Part shown: positions 33,663-42,849 of the stretch, piece after piece
Position numbering within the stretch: position 1 is the stretch's first letter
How the letters are laid out: the number at the start of each line of letters is the position of its first letter
Assembly (NCBI GenBank): GCA_021788365.1
Contig: JAJYKS010000005.1
Span: forward strand, 14,754 to 78,753
Direction of reading: 5' to 3'
Origin: a bacterium
GTDB lineage: Bacteria; Patescibacteriota; Microgenomatia; UBA1400; UBA12108
Length of the DNA stretch: 64,000 bases
Position numbers and translations under genes: made by a program
Notes under the pieces: generated by a model
Databases searched by the model: none
Told to the model about the DNA's origin: nothing
Seen by the model: only the letters and a program-made list of their open reading frames with translations

Positions 33663-34199
33663 ATGAAACTCATCGTTGGTCTCGGGAATCCGGGAGAGAA
33701 GTATCAAAATAATCGGCACAATGCAGGATTTATGGTCGTCGACGCGCTAGCAAAGCTGGCGCAATTTTCAATTTTCAATTTTCAATTTTCAAAAAAATTT
33801 GATTCAGAAGTGATGCAAACACCTGATATTTTGTTGGCGAAGCCACAGACATTTATGAACGACAGCGGAGTTGCGGTCGCGGCACTTTGCCACTTTTATA
33901 AAGTGAAGTATGAAGACCTCTATATTGTCCACGACGATCTTGATATACAGCTCGGTAACTACAAGATCCAGCATGGCAAGGGGCCAAAGGTACACAATGG
34001 GTTGCGATCGGTAGAAGAGAAGTTGGGTACGGAAAAATTTTGGAACGTACGGATAGGGGTAGAGAACCGAGCGGTGCGGGGGAACAAAGGGGTGCCGGGA
34101 GTGGTATATAGCTTGCAGGATTTTACGGAGGATGAGCGGGTTATATTGAACGGTGTTGTTCGAGATGCAGCTGGGGAGTTGTTGACACACCTTCGGTAG
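33663..34199 (+). CDS. pth: Peptidyl-tRNA hydrolase
   Basis: MKLIVGLGNPGEKYQNNRHNAGF...HNGLRS motifs. -10-like TATACT (33650-33655) sits 7 nt upstream of the ATG (leaderless candidate). Contains an in-frame (CAATTTT)4 insertion encoding FSIFNFQFS. Confidence 0.9.
   Translation: MKLIVGLGNPGEKYQNNRHNAGFMVVDALAKLAQFSIFNFQFSKKFDSEVMQTPDILLAKPQTFMNDSGVAVAALCHFYKVKYEDLYIVHDDLDIQLGNYKIQHGKGPKVHNGLRSVEEKLGTEKFWNVRIGVENRAVRGNKGVPGVVYSLQDFTEDERVILNGVVRDAAGELLTHLR
33762..33785. repeat. (CAATTTT)n tandem microsatellite inside pth
   Basis: caattttcaattttcaattttcaa. Related arrays occur at 9533-9550 (inside fmt) and, as the reverse complement tgaaaattgaaaattga, at 5798-5833 (promoter region). Confidence 0.8.
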
Positions 34200-34219
34200 A
34201 GCGCGTATTTTGGAACAAT

Positions 34220-36163
34220 ATGGATTTAGTCATTGTCGAGTCTCCTACTAAAGCAAAGACGCTGTCGCGGTTTTTGGGTAGCGGCTACAAGGTAGAGGCA
34301 TCTATGGGCCACGTGCGCGACCTGCCGGAAAAGGGCGGGGGGCTGGCTATAGACGTGGAGCACGATTTTGCACCGAACTATGTCGTACTCTCCAAGAAGA
34401 AAGACGTCATCACTAAGCTTAAAAAACTGGCTACCGACGCTAAAACTATCTATCTCGCGACCGACCCGGACCGGGAGGGTGAGGCGATTTCGTACCATAT
34501 CCAGTATCTTTTGGGTAAGCACGATTTCCGACGAGTGACGTTCCACGAAATTACGAAGAGTGCCATCGAAGAGTCACTGAAGCATCCGGGTCAGGTTGAT
34601 ATGCAGCTTGTGGACGCACAGACGGCGCGGCGAGTCCTCGACCGACTGGTTGGCTATACGCTCTCACCGGTTTTGTGGAAAAAAATACGGCGTGGGCTCT
34701 CGGCTGGCAGAGTGCAGAGTGTTGCAGTACGTTTAATCGTCGAGCGAGAAAAAGAAATAAAAGCGTTCGTACCGGAAGAGTACTGGGAAATATATGTTGA
34801 TTTGCAGAGTAAATCTCAAGATCTGCGGGTGGAACTCGTAAAGATTGACGGAAAGACTGCAAATGTAACGAACGGAGTGGACGCAGAGAGAATAGTCGGT
34901 AATCTCTTACGGGCAACCTACACCGTATCCGACGTTACGAAGGAAGAGCAAAAAAGCTCGCCGTACCCGCCGTTTACCACCTCGCTCCTGCAGCGGTCAG
35001 CCTCTAATATGTTTGGATGGAGCGCCAAGCAGACCATGAGCCTCGCCCAGTCCCTGTACGAGCATGGCTATATTACCTATCATCGTACCGACTCATACAA
35101 CCTCGCCGCTGAGGCAATTGCTGCAGGACGCGCGTATATTGCGAAGGCATATGGCGACATGTATGTACCTCCCGCTCCCCGCTACTACAAGACAAATGCA
35201 AAGAGTGCCCAAGAAGCGCACGAGGCGATCCGGCCTACTGATCCGGCACGCGCAGGTGGTGACTTGACTGGTGAAAAGATTACACCAAAACATGTGAAGT
35301 TGTACGAGCTTATTCGCAGTAGATTCCTGCAGTGTCAGATGTCTGACGCGCGGTTTGATAAGACGACCGTACTTGTTTCTGCCGACAAATATATATTGAA
35401 AGCGGACGGGAAGCGTATCATCTTCGATGGCTGGCTCAAACTCGGCAAGCCAGCAGAGGAAACATTTTTGCCGGAGCTATCAGCGGGAGAAACACTTTCT
35501 TTGATTAAAGTGGACCCGCAACAGAAGTTTACCCAGCCGCCAGCGAGGTATAGTGAAGCGGGACTTATCAAAGAGCTCGAGAAGCGGGGAATTGGTCGGC
35601 CCAGTACCTATGCGACCATCATTTCGACGATCCAGGACAGAGGATACGTGGTGAAGGAAGAGAAGCGCTTGCATCCCACGGCAATCGGGGACGCTGTGAC
35701 CGAGTTCCTTGTTGCCAACTTTCCCAAAGAGCTCGCCTATGAGTTTACCGCAGAAATGGAAAATGATCTCGACGAGATCGCAGAGGGCAAGCGGCAATGG
35801 GTGCCCACGGTCAGAGAATTCTGGAAACCGTTTAGTGAAAAAGTGAAGACGGTGGAGGAGACAGGGGCACGGGTGAAGGTGGCCGTTGAGTCGACGGGGG
35901 AGAAGTGTCCGGATTGTGGCGAGGGAGAGGTGGTTATACGTACCGGACGATTCGGTAAGTTCTACTCCTGCTCTACGTATCCCGAGTGTAAGTATACGAA
36001 GCAGTACAAGGAATATGCAGAGGGCTACACCTGTCCCGATTGTGGGGGCAAGGTAGTCATAAAGAAAAGCAAACGGGGCAAGTTTTATGGGTGCGAGAAC
36101 TATCCGAAGTGTAAGTGGGCGGCATGGAAACTACCGAAAAAAGAAACCCAAACGGGCGCATAG
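34220..36163 (+). CDS. topA: DNA topoisomerase I
   Basis: TOPRIM start MDLVIVESPTKAKTL, active-site region, C-terminal zinc ribbons (CPDCGEGEVVIRTGRFGKFYSCSTYPECKY; CPDCGGKVV...CENYPKC). Confidence 0.95.
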   Translation: MDLVIVESPTKAKTLSRFLGSGYKVEASMGHVRDLPEKGGGLAIDVEHDFAPNYVVLSKKKDVITKLKKLATDAKTIYLATDPDREGEAISYHIQYLLGKHDFRRVTFHEITKSAIEESLKHPGQVDMQLVDAQTARRVLDRLVGYTLSPVLWKKIRRGLSAGRVQSVAVRLIVEREKEIKAFVPEEYWEIYVDLQSKSQDLRVELVKIDGKTANVTNGVDAERIVGNLLRATYTVSDVTKEEQKSSPYPPFTTSLLQRSASNMFGWSAKQTMSLAQSLYEHGYITYHRTDSYNLAAEAIAAGRAYIAKAYGDMYVPPAPRYYKTNAKSAQEAHEAIRPTDPARAGGDLTGEKITPKHVKLYELIRSRFLQCQMSDARFDKTTVLVSADKYILKADGKRIIFDGWLKLGKPAEETFLPELSAGETLSLIKVDPQQKFTQPPARYSEAGLIKELEKRGIGRPSTYATIISTIQDRGYVVKEEKRLHPTAIGDAVTEFLVANFPKELAYEFTAEMENDLDEIAEGKRQWVPTVREFWKPFSEKVKTVEETGARVKVAVESTGEKCPDCGEGEVVIRTGRFGKFYSCSTYPECKYTKQYKEYAEGYTCPDCGGKVVIKKSKRGKFYGCENYPKCKWAAWKLPKKETQTGA

Positions 36164-36357
36164 ATATTTTGGACTCTTTTTACATTTTTCTTTCATGTTC
36201 GACGCGTTCGACCGCTTTGCTCGCTCGCTAACGTCTCACTTGAGCGAAAAATGTATATCGTCAAAATCTCCATGCGCCCGCATAATGCGATTCGTGTATT
36301 TGCTGTTCTAGTTTGCAGTATTCACAGGATAGTGAATTTTAGGTAGGATGGAGGGCG

Positions 36358-38544
36358 ATGAAGGAAAAGGTTTTACACGTACTAAAAAGGGATGAGAAAG
36401 ACGAAGTCTTGGATGTCGCCAAGATTGCGGACTCCATATTTCTTGCGGCGCAGGATGTTGGTGGGACGGATGACAAACTGGCACTCGAGATTGCTAAAGA
36501 AGTAGTGGAGCATATAAAGAAGCAATATGGCAGGATGGGGCGCGTGTCCTCGGCTGAGATTGGCGACATGGTAGAGCGAATCCTCCTTACGCGTACGCAC
36601 TACAAAACGGCAAAAGCGTACATTCTCAATCGTGAAAAGAAACGCCAGGTAGAGGCTAGCAAACGAGCACTCGGTGTCATGGACGACGTGGGTCTTTCGT
36701 ACAACGCCCTCGTGGTCGCCAAGGAGAAATATTTATTAAAAGACGTAGAGGGAGAGGCTACTGAGACCGTGGGGGGAATGTTCAATCGGGCCGCAAAGTT
36801 TTTAGCGAAGAGTGAAAAAGTGAACGAAAGAAAAAATTGGGAAGCCAAATTTGCAAAGGTAATGCGGGAACAACGTTTTATTCCTGGTGGGCGAACACTC
36901 GCCAATGCCGGCACACCCAACAATCAGCTCGCCAACTGTTTTGTGATGCCTATGCCGGACGATATCGAAGGGATATTCGAGAGCGTCAAGGAATCGTCTG
37001 TTCTCAAAAAATACGGTGGTGGAGTCGGCTTTACCTTTGGCCATATCCGGCCGAAGGGAGACCGTGTCGCGACGACGTCGGGCGCGGCCTCAGGGCCTGT
37101 TGCCCTCATGCAGCTCGTGAACGATGCCTCTGATATCTACCTCCAGGCGGGAAAGCGCCGATCCGGCAATATGGTGACACTGCCCGTGACCCATCCTGAT
37201 ATTATCGACTTTATCCACTGCAAAGAATCGGGGTACAACCTGCCGCACATCAACTACTCTATAGCCGCAACCCGCAAGTTTATGGAAGCAGCAAAGAAGG
37301 GGCAGGAGTGGGAATTGGTGAACCCGCGAAATGGGGCTGTCACGGCGCGTGTCTCGGCGCGGGGCATACTGGAAGAGGCGGCGCGCATGGCGTGGCGGAA
37401 CGGCGACCCGGGAATTATATTTGTCGACCGCATTAACGAAGATAATCCTACCCCGCACGTGGGCGTTCTCGAAACCGTGAACCTTTGTGGGGAGCAGCCG
37501 CTCCTCTCGTACGAGGCTTGCAACTTGGGATCGGTAAATTTGGCAGTACACGTTGCCGGCACCAATGGTGACTCGAAAGTGGACTGGAAGAAACTCAAGG
37601 AAACGGTGGAACTAGGAGTTAGGATGCTGGACGATGTGGTATCTGTGTGCGGCTATCCTTTACAGAAAGTTGCCGATACGGTGCACGGGAACCGGAAAAT
37701 AGGGCTCGGCGTCATGGGCTGGGCTGACATGCTGGTGAAATTACATGTGCCATACAATTCGCCGAAAGCGCTGAAGCTTGCCGAAGAAGTCATGAAGTTT
37801 GTCCAGGAGACGGGACACAAGGCGTCTGAGCAGCTCGGGAAAGAGAAGGGGAATTTCCCCACCTTTAAGGGCAGTAGTTGGCAGAAGAAGGGATATAAGC
37901 ACTTCCGGAACGCCACGGTGACGACTATCGCCCCGACCGGCAGCATCTCGATGATGGCTGGCGCCTCGTCGGGTATCGAGCCGCACTTTGCACTTGCCTA
38001 CTATCGCAAATCCATGGGGCAGTACAACCTACCCGAAGTGAATACTGACTTGGTGCGGGCGATAAAACACGTAAACGGCCTGTACTCCGCGGAGCTCATG
38101 GACGAGATAGCGCGCAAAGGTAGTATCCAGCACCTAGAGGCCATACCGAAAGCCATACGCGAGGTATTTGTGACCGCCATGGATATTACCCCCGAGACGC
38201 ATGTGCGGATGCTCGCCGCTTTCCAGAAATATACGGACAACGCTGTCAGTAAGACCATCAACCTTCCCGGGAGTGCGACAGTGGACGACGTCATCGCCGT
38301 GTTTTACCTTGCCAGCGAGCTTCGGTGCAAGGGGATCACCGTGTATCGAGATGGGAGCAGGGGCGAGCAAGTCTTGAATGTCGGCACGTCAGAAAAGCCA
38401 GAAAGTCAGAAGACGCAGGTCACTCGAAAGTCGGAAAAATCGGAGGGTCAGATAGGAAATACTTGCCCGAATTGCGGGGGGAAATTGGTCCGGGAAGAAG
38501 GCTGCCGTAAATGTTATTCGTGTGGTTTCGCAGTTTGTGGATAA
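36358..38544 (+). CDS. nrdJ: Adenosylcobalamin-dependent ribonucleotide reductase (class II, NrdJ) with N-terminal ATP-cone and C-terminal Zn-ribbon
   Basis: Class II signature CGEQPLLSYEACNLGSVNL, N-terminal ATP-cone, C-terminal CPNCGGKLV...CRKCYSCGF. Confidence 0.9.
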   Translation: MKEKVLHVLKRDEKDEVLDVAKIADSIFLAAQDVGGTDDKLALEIAKEVVEHIKKQYGRMGRVSSAEIGDMVERILLTRTHYKTAKAYILNREKKRQVEASKRALGVMDDVGLSYNALVVAKEKYLLKDVEGEATETVGGMFNRAAKFLAKSEKVNERKNWEAKFAKVMREQRFIPGGRTLANAGTPNNQLANCFVMPMPDDIEGIFESVKESSVLKKYGGGVGFTFGHIRPKGDRVATTSGAASGPVALMQLVNDASDIYLQAGKRRSGNMVTLPVTHPDIIDFIHCKESGYNLPHINYSIAATRKFMEAAKKGQEWELVNPRNGAVTARVSARGILEEAARMAWRNGDPGIIFVDRINEDNPTPHVGVLETVNLCGEQPLLSYEACNLGSVNLAVHVAGTNGDSKVDWKKLKETVELGVRMLDDVVSVCGYPLQKVADTVHGNRKIGLGVMGWADMLVKLHVPYNSPKALKLAEEVMKFVQETGHKASEQLGKEKGNFPTFKGSSWQKKGYKHFRNATVTTIAPTGSISMMAGASSGIEPHFALAYYRKSMGQYNLPEVNTDLVRAIKHVNGLYSAELMDEIARKGSIQHLEAIPKAIREVFVTAMDITPETHVRMLAAFQKYTDNAVSKTINLPGSATVDDVIAVFYLASELRCKGITVYRDGSRGEQVLNVGTSEKPESQKTQVTRKSEKSEGQIGNTCPNCGGKLVREEGCRKCYSCGFAVCG

Positions 38545-38635
38545 GGTTGCGGCCCACCTACGCTAAAGCTTCGGCGGGTAAATGTGTGGTTGACACTCTT
38601 TGATCCGCTAGGCGAAGACCTCCACCTTTGGTATC

Positions 38636-40231
38636 ATGGACGGCATGGCAAGCGCGAAAAAATCTGCACATGTGACTCCGATTGAGAACTGGCCAAAGCT
38701 CTATCACGATATATTAAAAGTAAAAGATCCCACCAATCATGTGGGGGTGTGTACTCTTTGGACGGAGCGAAATGTTGTCGAAAAAATGATCGGCGACCTG
38801 CCGTATAACGTCATTGGCAATCTGTACAGCGCACAGGGGATAAACGCGATGATGCGCAACGTCTTTGCCAATCCCAATATTCGCACGATCGTCATATGGG
38901 GCAGTGAAATGTCTTTGTCTGGCCACAGCCTCCTCATGTTTATGAAAAACGGGGTGGACGAGAACCGAAAAATCATCAAGGGTCGCGGAGAAATAGAGGC
39001 GGAGATACCGGACGCGGCGATCGCCATGTTTCGCGAGCAGGTCGAGATAGTTGATTTACGCGGACGCACCAAAGACGAGCTCGTGAAAAAACTCGAGGAG
39101 CTCTCCAAAATCCACAAAGAACCATTCCTCCCCGCGCCGCGCGAGTTTCCCAAAGCGGAGCCAAAAGTAAACGTCTATCCGTCGGAGCAGACGGGTTTTT
39201 ACGTGCATGGCAAGACGGTGGCGCAGACCTGGCTGAAACTATTGAACGAAATCTATAAATACGGGCGGCCCAAACACACCCGATATAGCAAAGATAATTC
39301 GCTCAAAGAAATCCTCAACCTCACCGCGGTCGTTGAGGAAGAAGATCCCACGAGCGTATATTTCCCCGAGTATCTGCCGTTTGAGCGGAGCGAGCTCGAG
39401 GCGTACTATGCCGAGATCATGACCAGCCGCGAGGTACCTGGTGTCGCCTATAACTACGGGCGGCGAATGCGCCTCCACTTTGGCGTGGACCAGATACAGC
39501 AGATGAAAGAACTCCTTAAAAATCGGCCGGATAGCAAGAAAATGCTCGCCATCACCACCGACCCCAAACTGGACTGGAGCCGGGCCAACAACGGCGACAC
39601 GCCATGTTTGGTTATGGTCCTCGGGTCGGTGCAGGACAGCAAATTTTTCTTGACAGCTCACTTTCGTTCGCAAGACATGGTTCATGGCTGGCCGCGGAAT
39701 ACCTTTGCTCTGCGCAAGTTGCAGAAAGATATTGCCGACAGTGCGGGGTACGGCATGGGGCCGCTAACCATGATCACCCACAGCGCGCACATGTACAGCG
39801 ACGACTGGGAGCTTGTCGAAAACCTGCTTATGGACTGGTACGAAAAGGAGTCCGGCTACACCCCGGCGGTGCACTTTGATTTCGATAAGCGCGCGAACTT
39901 TGTCGTGGAAGTCATAGACGTGCAGGATGCTCAGGTGTGGCCGACATGGAGCTTGCGATATAAGGGCCAGCCGGTGGGATTGGCGGTCGCGAGAGAGCTG
40001 AAGCGGATGCCTCGGGAGGTGAAAAAACTGATCAGGGTGACATTGGCGGATCCGGATGGCGGTGCACCCTTGAAAGTTTTTGAGGGCAGGACCGCACAAG
40101 AGGTGGCTTGGCAGATAACGGATTGGGAGTACGTGAAGATCCCTGCACATGCGATGTATGTGGGGACGGAACTGCAGCGGGCAGAGGAGGCGATTGCGCG
40201 CGGCGAGGGGTACTCGCAAGATCCGGCCTAG
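38636..40231 (+). CDS. thyA: Thymidylate synthase (ThyA-fold) with ~230-aa N-terminal extension of unknown function
   Basis: ThyA motifs YNYGRRMR...GVDQIQQMKELLKNRPDSKKMLAITTDP; DTPCLVMVLGSVQDSKFFLTAHFRSQDMVHGWPRNTFALRKL (catalytic Cys); MITHSAHMY. The N-terminal 230 aa is not DHFR-like. Confidence 0.65.
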   Translation: MDGMASAKKSAHVTPIENWPKLYHDILKVKDPTNHVGVCTLWTERNVVEKMIGDLPYNVIGNLYSAQGINAMMRNVFANPNIRTIVIWGSEMSLSGHSLLMFMKNGVDENRKIIKGRGEIEAEIPDAAIAMFREQVEIVDLRGRTKDELVKKLEELSKIHKEPFLPAPREFPKAEPKVNVYPSEQTGFYVHGKTVAQTWLKLLNEIYKYGRPKHTRYSKDNSLKEILNLTAVVEEEDPTSVYFPEYLPFERSELEAYYAEIMTSREVPGVAYNYGRRMRLHFGVDQIQQMKELLKNRPDSKKMLAITTDPKLDWSRANNGDTPCLVMVLGSVQDSKFFLTAHFRSQDMVHGWPRNTFALRKLQKDIADSAGYGMGPLTMITHSAHMYSDDWELVENLLMDWYEKESGYTPAVHFDFDKRANFVVEVIDVQDAQVWPTWSLRYKGQPVGLAVARELKRMPREVKKLIRVTLADPDGGAPLKVFEGRTAQEVAWQITDWEYVKIPAHAMYVGTELQRAEEAIARGEGYSQDPA

Positions 40232-40996
40232 TTTACAAGGATGATTCCTGTACCCTTTAAGGTGGCTACTCTAAGACTAAGTATTTATTGCCGGACTTTA
40301 GATCGAGCGGCTCCTCGACAAAATGTTGGTACGAATTCTTGGGATTCGTTTTCGAAAAGTATGTGAGGATGTTTTCGGGATGTACCCAGGGTTGATGTAT
40401 ATAGCCTAGGTAGTTTTTGTAGCTTGAATACGGATAACCGGCTAATTTACAGGGATCATCCTTGTAAGATGCCAGTTTTAGGGGGTTGCGGTGGATATAT
40501 TTTGTGAGCCATAGAAATTGGTTTTCTTGCTCTACCATTACTGCCTTGTAGATGCCTTGGAATAAATGCCCGACTCGGGAGTATTTTTTATTGAAATACA
40601 TGGAGTAGCGAGTTCCTAGTGAGCGCATAAAACGGTTCATGGAGTCCTTGTTTACTTGTCGTAACAGAAGATGAAAGTGGTTGGGCATGAGGCAGTAGGA
40701 GACGAGCTCGATAGTTTTTTCGTGGTTATTTGGTTGGCGAGAGGGGGCGTAGATTACTTTTTGGATATCTGACAGGGATGATCCTTGTAAAGTGCGGGCA
40801 AGGCGATGGTCTACTGGTTTTGATGGGGTAAGGTAGAGCTTAAGACACCCTAGGAAAGTAACGTAATCTTTTTCGTCGAGAAAAATATCGCGTTTCTCCA
40901 CCCCGCGGTTGTAGATGTGATAATAGGTGTGATCGACGTAGGTTTTTTGACTGTTCTTTGGTGGCATGATAGTTTACAGGGATCATCCCTGTAAAC
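40232..40996. mobile_element. RAYT (REP-associated tyrosine transposase) unit with flanking REP palindromes
   Basis: The Y1-HuH transposase gene is flanked by TTACAAGGATGATTCCTGTA (40233-40252) and the perfect palindrome TTTACAGGGATCATCCCTGTAAA (40974-40996). Further copies occur inside the gene (40447-40467, 40771-40792) and at 45734-45755. Confidence 0.7.
40266..40967 (-). CDS. IS200/IS605-family Y1 (HuH) transposase, RAYT-type
   Basis: YHIYNRG...YCLMPNHFHLL (HuH)...YIHRNP plus a C-terminal extension with the YPYSSY motif typical of REP-associated tyrosine transposases. 233 aa. Confidence 0.75.
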   Translation of the reverse strand: MPPKNSQKTYVDHTYYHIYNRGVEKRDIFLDEKDYVTFLGCLKLYLTPSKPVDHRLARTLQGSSLSDIQKVIYAPSRQPNNHEKTIELVSYCLMPNHFHLLLRQVNKDSMNRFMRSLGTRYSMYFNKKYSRVGHLFQGIYKAVMVEQENQFLWLTKYIHRNPLKLASYKDDPCKLAGYPYSSYKNYLGYIHQPWVHPENILTYFSKTNPKNSYQHFVEEPLDLKSGNKYLVLE

Positions 40997-41014
40997 TATG
41001 GTATAGTCTTTACG

Positions 41015-41674
41015 ATGAGTGATGTCAAACTACATAATAAATTTGCGAGTATAAAGGCGGTGGGGTTTGATGTGGACGGGACACTGTACCACTCCTCCGA
41101 AGAACTACAGTCGGCGGTGGGGATGGATATCATCGCCGAGGCGGCCAGGCGGCTGGGGAAGCAGCCCGACGATATCGTCGAGGAGTATCTTGCCAGGCGG
41201 GAGGAACTTCGCAGCAATACGATGACACTGAACAGTTTTGGCCTACCTGGGGAGGAGATATTTCAGAAGATTTGGGATGAGATACCTATTGAAAAGTACG
41301 TAAAGCGCGATGCGAAACTCGTCACGCTTATGGGCGGGCTGCGGAAGCAATACCGATTGTTTATTATATCGAACGGGAGGGGTGAGCAAATTGAGCGGAA
41401 ATTCCGGCATCTCGGGCTGCGGCCAGCGTGGTTTGACCCATTTATTTCTTGTTATGACCACGGGTGGGTGAAGCCGGAGCCGGCACCATTCCTCGCCGCG
41501 ATCGAAGCTCTGAAATTAAAACCAGAGGAGATTGTGTACGTCGGTGACCGGACGGATGTGGATGTGGATGCTGCAAAAGCCGTCGGCATGAGGACGATAT
41601 TCGTGGGTGGAGAATACGCAGGTGCGGACGCGTCTTGCGAGACGGTGTATGATGTGGGACTAATGCTCGAGTAG
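41015..41674 (+). CDS. HAD-superfamily hydrolase
   Basis: Motif I FDVDGTLY, motif III/IV region (VGDRTDVDVDAAKAVGM). Confidence 0.8.
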   Translation: MSDVKLHNKFASIKAVGFDVDGTLYHSSEELQSAVGMDIIAEAARRLGKQPDDIVEEYLARREELRSNTMTLNSFGLPGEEIFQKIWDEIPIEKYVKRDAKLVTLMGGLRKQYRLFIISNGRGEQIERKFRHLGLRPAWFDPFISCYDHGWVKPEPAPFLAAIEALKLKPEEIVYVGDRTDVDVDAAKAVGMRTIFVGGEYAGADASCETVYDVGLMLE

Positions 41675-41675
41675 T

Positions 41676-42806
41676 TTGGGTACGTGCAAAAAAATGGTAC
41701 TTGGACATGTAGAGACTTTGGTGAATGTCAACCCTGCTGAAATTCCCTCGACAGTGCAGTTTCCTCTTGAAGAAATACTGGTGAGATATCCTGATAGGTG
41801 GGGAGAGGTGAATGGGAAGTGGATGCGGCACGGGCGGGGTAGGTTGTGGGACATGGGCTTTGGGCCGGCGAGTGACGCAGAACGTCTCCATAACCTTGGT
41901 TTTACGATGGGTGGATACGAGATAAACCCACACGCTGTTGATGCAGCCCGCCGAAGAATGGATTTTTTTGGATCACAAGGCGATGTACGATTTTTTGGTC
42001 TGGGTGCCCCAGAAATAGCTTGGGATACTTTGACCTATTTAGAGGCTGTTGACGCTATACGATTTCAAGCGGTATTTCCGAGTCTGCTGGGAGATAGTTG
42101 GAAGATGGCACTTGAGGCTGCCGATATGATGCTAGTACCAGGGAAATATCTATTTATCGCAGACTTTATGCAGGCCGATCAAGTGTATACGGAGCTGTAT
42201 AGTCGGAAAGATTTATTGGTTGCTCAAGTCTGGGCAGAGTCATCTCGGCGTTGGAGAAGAAGGTATGAGGTAAATCAAGAAGCGTTTGGGGGTTTGGGGT
42301 TGCCGTGGGGAGCATTTGCCGTTGGGGCCGTTGGGCCACATAAGTTTGAGGTGGACTGGACGGAAGATGTGGAGCTTTTGAGAACGTTGTATAAGCTTCG
42401 GGAGGTGTTGCCGGAGGGTTTTGAGCGTTTTGCTGGACATCTTGATGTAAACGAACTTGTTTTACATCTGCTTGATCTGGGCTATGCGATAGAAGATCTC
42501 CAATTTGTCCCGCGAAGATCCAGGGCGACGACAAGAGAAAGAAGATGGACGGTGGCACCTGGATTCTGGTTGGTGGCACGGAAGGGTGAGGAATATAAAT
42601 ACGATCCGTTTAAGATCGGACTGTCCGCAAGAAACCCAAAAAGAGTCTACGAAATTTCTCAGGAAAGAAAAAGAAAATGCGAACGAGAAACAGGGAATTT
42701 GGCTGAGTATTGGCAAGCGTATTATCGAGGGCTACTTCCACGAGTACCTAAAAGCCAATTGCCGGTGTTTTTGGATCTGGCGCGTAAAGTTGGTGTTAAT
42801 GTTTGA
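41676..42806 (+). CDS. Hypothetical protein, possible class I SAM-dependent methyltransferase fold
   Basis: Starts 2 nt after the HAD stop. GRLWDMGFGPASDAERL...GYEINPHAVDAARRRM resembles methyltransferase motifs I/II (weak). Confidence 0.4.
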   Translation: MGTCKKMVLGHVETLVNVNPAEIPSTVQFPLEEILVRYPDRWGEVNGKWMRHGRGRLWDMGFGPASDAERLHNLGFTMGGYEINPHAVDAARRRMDFFGSQGDVRFFGLGAPEIAWDTLTYLEAVDAIRFQAVFPSLLGDSWKMALEAADMMLVPGKYLFIADFMQADQVYTELYSRKDLLVAQVWAESSRRWRRRYEVNQEAFGGLGLPWGAFAVGAVGPHKFEVDWTEDVELLRTLYKLREVLPEGFERFAGHLDVNELVLHLLDLGYAIEDLQFVPRRSRATTRERRWTVAPGFWLVARKGEEYKYDPFKIGLSARNPKRVYEISQERKRKCERETGNLAEYWQAYYRGLLPRVPKSQLPVFLDLARKVGVNV

Positions 42807-42849
42807 TCTGGTTGCTATTAAACTTCCGGAATAGTACTATAGGGAGGTT

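Noticed and set aside
33757-33790. Possible CRISPR array from the regularly spaced caatttt repeats
   Set aside because: 7-nt units with no spacers, inside coding sequence. This is a microsatellite, not repeat-spacer architecture, and no cas genes are present.
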